DNA of 64,000 nt from Mytilus trossulus. Lineage: Eukaryota. Of the stretch, positions 12,301-24,200 are shown piece after piece; position 1 is the first letter of the stretch, and each line of letters opens with the position of its first letter. A program made the position numbers and the translations under genes. The DNA is taken from contig NC_086378.1 of assembly GCF_036588685.1 (NCBI RefSeq), forward strand, positions 29,016,001 through 29,080,000. The letters run 5' to 3'. The notes below the pieces were generated by a model. The model did no database searches and was not told where the DNA came from. It saw only the letters and a program-made list of their open reading frames with translations.

Positions 12301-15300
12301 AAAAAGATTCAATTTTTTTCCAATACAAAAATTTACTACTGATTCTTTAAATATTTTATATATCAAAGCAATAACTTCATACTGAATTGATAATATCAAG
12401 AAAGAAATTCCAAAATATATATCAGAATCATTTTTTTGTTTGTGAGGGTCATATATATCCATATTTATGTTTTTGTGCAGTTCTTACAGACTATTTTTGC
12501 TTTTACAACTGTAGACTTTTTATTGTACCAACATTTTTTAATCAAGAAACATAAGTAATTCATAATTTTAAGCGTTTATGAATTATTGATTTTTCAATGT
12601 GTAAGCATACATGTAGTCAAGTTTTTTGTAAATGTGGTTTATAAGTGATTAATATCTTATTTCATATATTTTAAGAAGGCCATATAAAAAGAATTTCCTG
12701 TTATATATTTATCATACCACTTATATTATATCAAATTTTACTTAAAAATCATTTTCAGGTGATTGATTTTTTAATACATTTACATCAATATAAGGTTTCC
12801 TGCATAATCTAAATCTGGGTTAAATTGTTGTCACGAGTTTACTCGTTTATCTACTAAATAAACGTAAATATTTATATCCTTTTACTTCTGTACAACATTA
12901 AAAACAAACTTAATCTTGAACTTGTGATAAATTTAAATAACATTGAAAGTTACAAAGTCAAAGTATTTATACTATTATCAAATTGTAAACTGCATAAAGG
13001 TTTCTAAACTACTTTATCTTGATGAACTTTAAGGTCATAACCTAAAAGTACTGTTTAAAATATGTTAACAAATTTGAAAATGTCTTTAATGCTTTAGTTC
13101 ATGAAGTTCTGACAAAAAACTTATATATATATTATAAAGGGCACTTTGCATGGAGGATGAATATAGAAAAAAAACAAGAATGTGTCCATAGTACACAGAT
13201 GCCCCACTCACACTATCATTTTCTATGTTCAGTGGACCGTGAACATTGGGGTCAAAACTTTAATTTGGAATAAAATTAGAAAAATCATATCATAGGGAAC
13301 ATGTGTACTAAGTTTCAAGTTGATGTAACTTTAACTTCATCAGAAACTACCTTGACCAAAAACTTTAACCTGAACTTCGCACTATCATTTTCTATGTTCA
13401 GTGGACCATGAAATTGGGGTAAAACTATAATTTGGCATCAAAATTGGAAAGATCATATCATGGGGAACATGCGTACTAAGTTTCAAGTTGATTTGACTTC
13501 AAATTCTTCAAAAAAAACCTTGAACAAAAACTTTCACCTGAAGCAAACGAACGCACAGACGGACAAACGGAGGCACAGACCAGAAAACATAATGCCCCTC
13601 TACTATTGTAGGTGGGGCATAAAAAATCATAAAATGACTTATTCAAGAGTGTTTTATTGTTGTTCTTCATGCTAACATTTGCTAGAGGTATTTACTGATG
13701 AGCAAAATGGCTAAATAGGTCATTGCTGTTCTTCATTTTAACATTTGCTAGAGACATTCACTGATGAACAAAATGGCTCACAACATACAGCAAAGCCAAG
13801 ACACCTACATATACCATTGACAACATAGATCTATGTTATCTGATATGCTTAAGTTTTAAGAAATATTCTTAAAGAGATGCAATGTTGTGCAATATGTATT
13901 TTTTACCTACAATTTTCTTTAATTATTCTATCAGGTATAAAGTTATAGGGTGTAATCATCAATGCTTGTATTTGTTTATTTTGACAGGAATGAAATTATG
14001 GGGTGTAATTAACAATGCTGGTATTTGTTTATTTTAACAGGTATGAAGTTATGGTGTGTAATAATCAATGCTGGTATTTGTTTATTTCTACAGTTATGAC
14101 GTTAAGGGGTGTTATTTACAATGCTGGTATTTGTTTATATTTACAGGTATGAAATAATAGGTTTTTTATACAATGTGTTTTTTTATCTATTTTGACAGTA
14201 TTTACAATGCTGGTATTTGTTTATATTTACAGGTATGAAATTATAGTTTTTTATACAATGTGTTTTTTTATCTATTTTGACAGGTATGAAGTTATGGGGT
14301 GTAATTAACAATGCTGGTATATGTTTTATTGGTAATGTTGAGATGATGGTAACAGAAGACATTCATAAAATATTAGCTGTGAATTACCTAGGACCAGTGA
14401 CTGTGTGTAAACACTTCCTACCTCTACTCAGAGAAAGTCAAGGCAGAATTGTCAATGTAGCAAGCAACTGTGGTAAGCATTGATTGATGGTGAAACACAA
14501 AAAAAAAAAAATCTGGCTATTTTCTATTATTTCACCAAGAGTTTTCACAAATGATGACAATAACTAAGATAAAAGTGCGGTCAGCCCAATTTTTTTTAAT
14601 TTGGTCAGAATTAAGGATTTTTTTTATGCCATGCAATTGGCTTTTTGACTGATTGATACAAACTACAATTTGGCAATTTGGTCAATGCTATATTTAATGT
14701 CAACACTTGCATTTTAATCTTAGTAATACATGTAATATATCACAGTTATTTAATATTTGATACAAGAAAGTGACTTAAGTTCATTTTTAACTTTACAAAA
14801 TTGTTTAAAAAATTCCTTTGGTGGTTGTTTTGCATTGCTATCAAATAATTTCATTGCATATTTTCGCCAACAAGAAAAACAAAACTGTCAATGTTTTACT
14901 TTTAGGCCTGGCACCTGTACCACTAATGGGACCATACTGTGCTTCTAAGTCGGCACTGGCTACGATGTCAGAAGTATGGAGATATGAATTCAAAATGTGG
15001 AAGATAAAAGTCTGTACTATCATTCCTAGTGGATATAAAACAGGTTAAATATAATTATTTCTTATGAAGCAAGAATCTTACAACTAGATATATGTAGGCT
15101 AATTATCAACCCAAGTTAGCTATAATCATATTAAATTTCTGTAATTTTATAGGGATTTGTGATATGGACTCATAAAGGAAAATTTTCCATGATCATGATG
15201 TTATGGAAAAATACAAACACTTAATTAAATAATATATAACTAACAGGTCTTTATTTAAAATACATTTATGGAAATGTGGTAAGATTACCAATGAGATAGC

Positions 15301-16552
15301 TATCCACTAGAGCTCAAATAAAGATGATGTAAAATGCATTGTTCTCTGCAATCTATAAACTGCGCAAATGATTAATTGGATAAAGTTCTGTTAATTCTTC
15401 AAAATAACCACATGCCCAGTAGCATGGCAGAACGAATTGTTTGTCTACAAATAAAAATTGGGTTAAGGTACATAAGGGATACTGAACTAGATATTTTTTT
15501 ATTAAGTATGAATTGAAGTATGAACAAAGATAGTCATTTATGATTCTCAAGTAATTCAATAAAAAACTGACAAATAGTATTGCAATTATAAAGAAATTCA
15601 ATGAATATAAATTAAAACTGCAAACAGGCAATGTAAGTTTGAGATCTACACAATCTCCTATGCCATTTTTTTTCATAAACATTTTTTTTTGAAATTTTTA
15701 GGTATTATGGCTTATGACAAGGCTGCAGTGGCAGAAAGGTGGTGGAAAGGGGCAAGTAAATCTGTCAAAGAAAATTACGGCAAAGACTGTTTTTACATTA
15801 AACATAAGCTTAAAGGTATATCTAATTCTTTTCCCATTTTCTCTATATAATTTTTTTTTAAATCACACTTTTATTTTCTTATTCATGTTATTCTAAATCA
15901 ATGTAAGAATGATATAAATTTCTGATACTTTTCCTTCAAATTAAAATTATAAATAAATATATCACAATAAGTCTCAGTACTGTTATCAACTTTCAATTGC
16001 ACTGACATTTTCTAAGCAATTTAAAATCTCAACTTGTTATTGTCAACATATAAACAATATTTGTTGGTCATGATGACTTTGAACATTGTTGTAGACAATG
16101 TCAGAACTAAGAAGATTGTTATGTCAAAGGAGAAAATGCTTGCAATCAAATTATAACTAAAATTGCATATTTCTTCAATTAATCAGTATCACAATATCAC
16201 TAAAAAACGTTAATTAAATGTTCCAGAATTTGAAACAGTAATTTGATCTACTAAATAAAGAAAAGGAAAACTGTAAAAAAAAAACTCAATAGTCATATTT
16301 TCATGTTTTCTCTTTTCAGATCCAGAAGCTTATCTGAACCCAGACTTCACTGAAATTTTAGACAACATAAAATTAGCACTATTGTCAGTCAGTCCAAAGT
16401 CTCATTATTACAGTGGATTACTTTCAAGGGCATTGCCGTTCCTCTACCTGCATCTACCATCCTGTATTGGAGACAGAGTCATGTCTATAATGGTAAACTG
16501 GTTTGACTTTGTACCAAAAGCTTTATCACCGCAGCCTAAATCATGTCACTGA
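6351..16552 (+). CDS. Membrane-anchored classical SDR, SDR9C-type (17beta-HSD2/11beta-HSD2/RDH/BDH1-like), ~402 aa; coding exons 6351-6672, 10906-11118, 14284-14472, 14906-15043, 15702-15815, 16320-16552
   Basis: All introns GT-AG and phase 1; frame open across every junction to TGA at 16550-16552. Motifs: hydrophobic N-terminus, IIITGCDRGIG (TGxxxGxG), LDV, LWGVINNAG, RIVNVAS, YCASK (YxxxK). Start ATG could be 6351 or a later in-frame Met. Confidence 0.93.
11146..12125. repeat. Intronic minisatellite: ~7 near-perfect 54-bp units followed by degenerate ~47-bp units sharing the core aatgaccttgaaatgt...aatacatgtc
   Basis: Unit aatgaccttgaaatgtcaggttaatacatgtcaaaggtggaaaggtttgtaaat repeats directly; it accounts for the repetitive ORFs 11115..11990. 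Confidence 0.95.
13172..13625 (-). mobile_element. Non-autonomous Helentron-type (HINE/pearl-like) element with two ~170-bp internal units; shorter relative at 17884-18140
   Basis: Subterminal IR atgccccac / gtggggcat, gacg/gaca microsatellite, duplicated actatcattttctatgttcagtggacc unit, A/T-run flanks. Confidence 0.7.
13925..14283 (+). repeat. Tandem array (~53 bp x7) of duplicated SDR intron-2/exon-3 junction
   Basis: CAG at 13932, 13985, 14038, 14091, 14144, 14196, 14230 and 14281, each followed by variants of gtatgaagttatggggtgtaattaacaatgctggtat. Confidence 0.9.
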
Positions 16553-18222
16553 TTAACAGTTGTTTATAAATGACAATAAAATATCAACAGTGCCGTTAAA
16601 TCAAAACATTGAATGATTGATTGAAGACTGTTTAATCAAAATATTGTAACCTCAGGACAAGAACAATTGGTGCATAAATAATTTATAACAAGAACAGAGC
16701 TGTGATAATTGGATAGCCGCACACATGATGTATGGATTTGATGAACAGCTAAAACAGTATTGTTTTAATTGTCTATATATTGTAAGACTGAATTTTATAT
16801 ATTGTAAGACTGAATTTGTTACTATTCAAAATTTTCAAATCATTTAAATTCAAATAATAATTATAATTGATTAAATATCTGTTAAATAATTTTCTCAAAT
16901 GAATTTAAAAAAGAATCATGTTTCATATCAAACAGATACTTAACTGTTATAGCAATTACAGATGGCGACAAAGGGAGCTTATCAAATTATGAAATTCAAA
17001 GAAGTAAAAAAACAATAAGAAACAAGCAAGAACCTTACTTGGTAAAATAAATCATTCCTTATAGTCCAATTTTCAATTTAATAAAGAAAAAAAGAAAATT
17101 TGGAGATACACTTCTAGTTTCTAAATCAATTAAATGTTAAGTGTTTGTCTTCAAACTGATTAAGTGAATTATAAACATATTGAGTGCCTTTACACAACCT
17201 TCATTCTGAGATGAATATTGTTAATTTTATTTTTTGTTTGTGTTTCAAAATGAAGCTTATTTATTTACAAGCTCTCTATTTTTATATTACACCTCACATG
17301 CTATTTTTTTGTCTTTTCAAGATACCTAAATCAAATATATAATTGCAAATGTTCTTTTTATTGTATTTTTATCATATTATTATGGTGGAATATGTAATTT
17401 CAAAAGGTCAAATGTAAGAATGGGTACAGAAAGTATAAAACTTCTGGATGATCACTTTGACTGAAAATACATTGTAGACAATTTTATAAGACTTGTACAT
17501 ACAATACACTGAAAAAGTGTCAATCTCTTTACAAAATGATGGTTTGAATTGAATGAGTGATTTATGTAAAATGCAAACAGTTGTCTTGAGTTTGTGCTAG
17601 TCAGAATTAGACATACCGGTAATTTATTTATTTAGTCGTTTTTTATTTTGTTAAATATATAATTTATATTATTTGTTGTTATAGTATGTTGAATGTTAAA
17701 AATAAAATGTTAAAAAAAAATGATTGTTTGTATTGAAATTACCATTAGAAATGAACTACAGCTATCTATGTGTCTGAACTGTCATACGCAGAAAAAACTT
17801 CAATACACAAAAAAGTTTGAAACCCTGACATCTTGAATGAGAAAAATTATAATTTTCTCTAAACAATGTCACCTAGGGGAAATAACAAGAATGTGCAGTA
17901 CACAGATGCCCAACGCACACTATCATTTTCTATGTTCGGTAAATTAAGGTAAAAACTCACAAATAATTAGAAAAATCATAACATAGGGAACATGTGTACT
18001 AAGTTTAAAATTGGTTGTCCTTCAACTTCATCTAAAGCTACCTCGACAAAAAACTTACACCTGAAAAGACCAGACAGATGGTTAAATGAACAGACGTACA
18101 GACAGAAAACAACAAAATGCCCTTAGGTGGGGCATAAAAAACACTTTTCAAATTAATAAAACCACATCCATGTGTATCTCCCTTTCAGTAAATTTTCACA
18201 CATTGAAATTAATTCTACTTAC

Positions 18223-21200
18223 ATTCAACCCCTGCCTGTCTTTTAACATGATCTACAAACTTGGTCCTCGATGAGAACAGTCCTCCACAGGTTGGACAAG
18301 CTATCACTTTCTCCTGTGTATGACTTCTTAGATGTTCACGTAGTTTATACTTATTTTTAGCAACAGTCTCACACCCTATAATGATAAGAATGAGTCAATC
18401 AGTTAGAAAGCCTACAATATTTCTATCGTAAATTGGTTTTACTAAAACTGCATATGTAATAATTAAGACGTCTAAACTGTATGAATTTGTATTGATGACT
18501 AAAGTACAAGATAACATCATAAGTACACAACGTTGGATATACAATAATGCCGCGTCACGTTAACGTTCTCTTCTGTGCATGATTTCCAACATTCTCCGGC
18601 CCACGAAAAGTGAAAATATAAAACTTGTAAAATAATTTAAAGTCTCTTTGTTAAAATATTAATATGAAATTGACTTTAAAGTCCATCATTAAAATTAAAA
18701 CTTTTACCACAGTTCTTATAGTACGGTGTCACATTTCGTTCAAGTTCTTTTTTCTGGTAAGTTTCTCCCTGTAATCCAATTCCTGGTATAATTTAAACTG
18801 TTTGAACTGAGATTTAGATTTTTCCATTCCTTGTAAATCATCGTAAAAGTGTGTGTGGTGGTTTGTGTCTCTTGTCCACATTAAAGCTGATTTGTTTGTT
18901 CCATTTTCTGTCAACAGACCATTGTTTCTTTGTTTTGTTCTTGAAGTGTCCACAATTGTTGAAATAAGTTCAGTGTTAATAGTATTCTCTGTTTTCTCCT
19001 CGGTAGTGTGTATCTCTTCTGTTACATTGATTGAACTGGTTCTTTTGAGTGGTCCTGAAAGTAGGTATCCTAGTTTGGACTTTACTGCTGTTGGTCCCTC
19101 CCCCCTAATAATATCATCCTCGAAAATATCCCAGTATTGGTCAGCTCCAACAAGCAGTCCAATTTCAAATGATGTATCCTCAGTTACGGCGTGTTCTAAT
19201 GTTAAGTTTTGCAAATACGGTAACTTTCTTGCAGTTTCAATGTAAGCCTTGAATGGTGCGGCGATTTTAGGTTCAATTAAGACATCTACTGAAATATGGT
19301 CGCCATGAATAGTTTGGGAAGACATCAAAAGTTCAATGAAGGATAAAAAACTTAATTCACATAGTTTTTTCACTGACCCCCACACCCCCCCCCCCCTCTT
19401 AACCTAATTTGGGAAAAATTGATTGACCAATAGGGATATATGTAAAATCGATTTTAGATTAACACAACTTGCAGCAATGTTGACCCCCCACCCCCAAACT
19501 ATTTGATTTAAGTTTCTTATCCTACATCGATCTTTTGATGTCGTCCCTTACTGTTGCTGTGTTTAGCTGTTCAATAGAGTTGTTCTCATTATCGTCTCCA
19601 AATCTAGATAGCATAATTGCTTCACTTCCTATGGGTTTTAACTCCAATTTCTCTCCTAAATGTCTTGTTATAAATGACCTTGTGGCGCCTTCGTCAAAAA
19701 GGATCTTTGCATCAGTCGTTTGTTTTCTGTAGCTTAGCGGTGCAATTGCGGTCTTTAACAAGACATTTGGGCAATCACGGTCTAGAGATGAATATAAAAC
19801 TGTTGTCTCAGCTTCCTCCGCGTTGTGTGTTCGTACTGTCAGGGTTGGCAAAGTATTACCCGCCCGGGAATTCCTACTTGTAGTTGCAGTTTCTTTATCA
19901 TAGTCGTTGTTGCATAGGCTTGTGTGGTGACGTCTATCACATTTCTTGCAGTTGGATATACAATAATGCCACGTTACGTTAACGTTCTCTTCTGTGTGTG
20001 ATTTCCAACAATTTCTAATATTGAGACTGAGAAAGATATGATATATATAATGCGGTTGTATTAATTATGACGTAAAAGAATAAAAGTGAAAGTGAAAATG
20101 TAAAATAGTGTTCATAATGTAGCAAGAATAAAAGTTAAGTTGCTAGTGGTAATATTGTAGAAATGATGGAAGTGGCTCATAAAATGTCAGTTCATTTCCA
20201 AATTGGACAACACCCCATTGGCCATCCCGTACCAATTCAACTGGCTTTGCTCCGAGGGAGGTACTGCTTCCATTGAATTAGTAAAAGGTGAAGTGTATGA
20301 TCGCCGCAATTCTTGGAATTGTAAATCTTGGTAGATATGTTCGAGGTATTGTAGGTGGTTCTGGCTGCGGATGAACAGTCAGAAGAATGACTAGACAGGT
20401 ACATGAGATACAACTAGAGGCTCTAAAGAGCTACACATGTTGCTGACCTTGGTCTTTATGAGTATATACATATTCAACAAAGGACACGCTTCAAAATCAT
20501 GAAAATTATAAACAGGAATAGAATTTATGCAAAAAAAATCTTTTTTTGTTGTTGTTGTTGATCCATTTGTCTGGCTAGTTTCTATTTATCTTCTTGAGCT
20601 TTTGCTCAAAACACAAAAGGGGGTAAAAAAATCCTCATTAACAGCAATCACTCCTATAATATATTGACACTCTACTAACTGTACTATCAGCAAAATTTAC
20701 TTGTTAGTAGATCTTGTCTTTTTTATCATTTTAGCTTATTTATTTAAGTTTCTATCTATTTGCAGATTTGAAGATCTTGTCTGGATAATCCTTTTTGCAT
20801 CTCTATCTAGCATGAATATAGAATACACAAAAAAATAAAAATAAAAAAAAAATAAAAATATAAAGAATTGTCATCAAAGGGCAATAACTCTAATTGGGAT
20901 TCAACTAACATTTTAACCAGGAAGAACTTGCCTTGCTGATATAGTTTTTGCAATTCCAATTTTCTCTCTTTCTATAATAGTTTCTTAAAATAAAAAGCAG
21001 AAACTTATCAAAGAAAAATGGTAAAACTTGGCATATAAAGGTGATAACTTCTATAAGAAATCAACTGACATTTTTGACATCATGAACAATTGGTAGAGCA
21101 TAGCATTCTAAACATCTAATAGTTATCAAAAGTACCAGGATTACAATTTTATACCCCAGACACGCGTTTCGTCTACATAAGACTCATCAGTGACGCTCAT

Positions 21201-24200
21201 ATCAAAAAAGTTAAAAAGCCAAATAAATACAAAGTTGAAGAGCATTGAGGACCCAAAATTCCAAAAAGTTGTGCCAAATACGGCTAAGGTAATCTACTCC
21301 TGGGGTAAGAAAATCCTTAGTTTTTCGAAAAATTCTCAGTTTTGTAAACAGAAAATTTATAAAAATGACCATATAATTGATATTCATGCCAACACCGAAG
21401 TGCTGACTACTGGGCTGGTGATACCCTCGGGGACGAAACGTCCACCAGCAGTGGCATCGACCCAGTGGTGTAAATAGTTATCAAAAGTACCAGGATTACA
21501 ATTTTATACGCCAGACGCGCGTTTCGTCTACATAAGACTCATCAGTGACGCTCATATCTAAGCCATGCCAATTTTTCTCTATATACATGTATGGCGATTA
21601 TCGACATTATAGTAGACAAAAGTGACATTCTACCACTATGATCAATTTTTAGCCATGTTGCTCATCTTGATCAGCAGGTGGGTCATGAAAAAAAGGTTTT
21701 AAAACTAGATACCCAAATTATGATTCTGGTCAAGTTTCAAAGTAGTTTCAGAGAAGATTTTTGTAACTTTAAAATAAACAGATGACAACAGACACAAAGT
21801 GATGAGAAAACCTCACTTGGTCTATTGGGCCAAATGAGCTAAAATTTAAAGTAATAGTAATATAGCGCATACTTTTAGAGTGGAGTATAATATATATAAT
21901 GTGTAATAATGTTTTGTAAAATGTAACCATTACCTTCCCATTCACACCTCGCTCCGTGTTCCAAATTATTTCCCTCAGGAAATGTCTCTGAATGGTTATC
22001 TACATGGCGGTAAAATATCTCTGGATTGTCAATTATCGTCTAAAATTAAATGTAGGAAAAATGAAAGTTGTATTTTAGTTCTACCCTTCTCATGGTAAAT
22101 ATAAGCAATTAATTTCATGTGAACTTCTCCCAGTGGGACTTTAGATTTGAATCTGAGTAGATAATTTTGTTTACAATAATATTGTGCCCTTTGCTAAATT
22201 GAAAATAATAACAAGAATATTCCTTTAAAAGATAATAAGGAGTTGTTGTTGCTGATCAGACTATATTTTTATGTGTGTGTATTTCTTGTATTTCTCCCTC
22301 AGGCAAAGTTGGCCTTAGATGGAATAGGCTATTTTCAAGGTCTTTTTTAGTTTATATTGCTCTTCAATTGTTTCAGTTATACTCATACTTGACTTTCAAA
22401 TATTTGGCAATGAGCGTTCTTGATGAAGGTAAGTAAATCAAGAAAAGCGCTTAGGATGCATACATTTATAACTGTTTTTATTTTGTACCTCACCTCACAC
22501 ATATTCCAGCCACACTGGAGTCTTTCTGGTAACTCTGGTATCAAGTTACGACTTTGATTCTCTAACAAACATCCCCTTAAACCCATCTTACGTATCATCT
22601 GCTCTCCTATATTCTTAATTTTGACATGAAAACAATGGAAGTAGGCATGACGAAGAAAATCTGTTCTACGTCCCTGGACCATTGTGTTACATTCTCTCCA
22701 CTCACATGGGAACTCTCCATCTGAAATATAAACAACAGTCTCCTATATCAAATATAAATGATACCATGCATATAAAGAAGGTTGGTACCTATTCATACAT
22801 TTAAATCTGTTGCATTTGTTAGCACTTGTATTAAGTCAGAAAGTTGATGTTCAGTACTTAATGTTTGTTGATGTGGTTCATAAGAGTTTCTTGTTTTTTT
22901 ATATAGATTAGACAGTTGGGGTTCTTGTTTGAATGGTTTTACACATGTCATTTTTGGGGCCATTAACAGCTTGCTGTTCGGTGTGAGCCAAGGGTCTGTT
23001 ATGAAGACATATTTTGACCTATAATTGTTTACTTTTACAAATTGTGACTTGGATGAGAGAGTTGTCTCATTAGAACTCATACCACATTTTCCTTTATATA
23101 CATATACCTAAAGGATCATCCAGAAGGCGCATATATATTACAAAGCACTAGACATATTCACATAAAAAAGAAACACGGCAATGCATAAAGCTTAAGTTTC
23201 ATTTTAATATGAGTGTCCTACAGAAAATATAATTATCTTAGAAAATGAGCCAAATGTTGACAATTTAAGGTAGTTCTGTTGTACAACAAACATCCCTTGT
23301 ATCTTTGACCATTTCCATCATATATTTTTGGTTTTAGAATTGACTTTAATCTATCATGTTAATTACTTATGTCATCAATATCATCTTGTCTCCATTTACT
23401 CTCTAAGATCAAGATATTTCTCAATATCAATTGTATCATCATGATCATGATGATAATGAGTCTAAATGGAGAGAATTCAAGCAACAATAAGTCACCATAC
23501 AGCCTTCAACAAAGAGAAAAATTCATACCATATAACTAGTGAACTACAAAAGCCCACGCATGACAAAAGGTGATACAAATAAAAACTAGAGGCTCTAAAG
23601 AGCCTGTGTCGCTCACCTTGGTCTATGTGAATATTAAACAAAGGACGCAGCTTGATTCATGACAAAATTGTGTTTTGGTGATGGTGATGTGTTTGTACAT
23701 CTTAATTTACTGAACATTCTAGCTGCTTACAATTATCTCTATCTATAATTAACTTGGCCCAGTAGTTTCAGAGGAGAAGATTTTTGTAAAACATTACTAA
23801 GTTTACGAAAAATGGTTAAAAATTGACTATAAAGGGCAATAACTCCTAAATGGGTCAACTGACCATTTCGGTCATATTGACTTATTTGTAACTCTTACTT
23901 TGCTGAACAATATTGCTGTCTACAGTTTATCTCTATCTATAATAATATTCAAGATAATAACCAAAAACAGCAAAATTTCCTTAAAATTACTAATTCAGGG
24001 GCAGCAACCCAACAATGAGTTGTCCGATTCATCTGAAAATTTCAGGGCAGATAGATCTTGACCTGATGCACAATTTAACACCATGTCAGATTTGCTCTAA
24101 ATGCTTTGGTTTTTGAGTTATAAGCCAAAAACTGCATTTTTCCCCTATGTTCTATTTTTAGCTGTGGCAGCCATCTTGGTTGGTTAGCAGTCACGAAAAA

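Larger units (their letters stand above)
20412..21844 (-). mobile_element. Old, diverged HINE-like element related to the one at 23585-25360; hosts the retrozyme
   Basis: Same termini actagaggctctaaagagc ... ggccaaatgagctaaaa and degenerate internal units (aaagggcaataactc). Confidence 0.7.
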
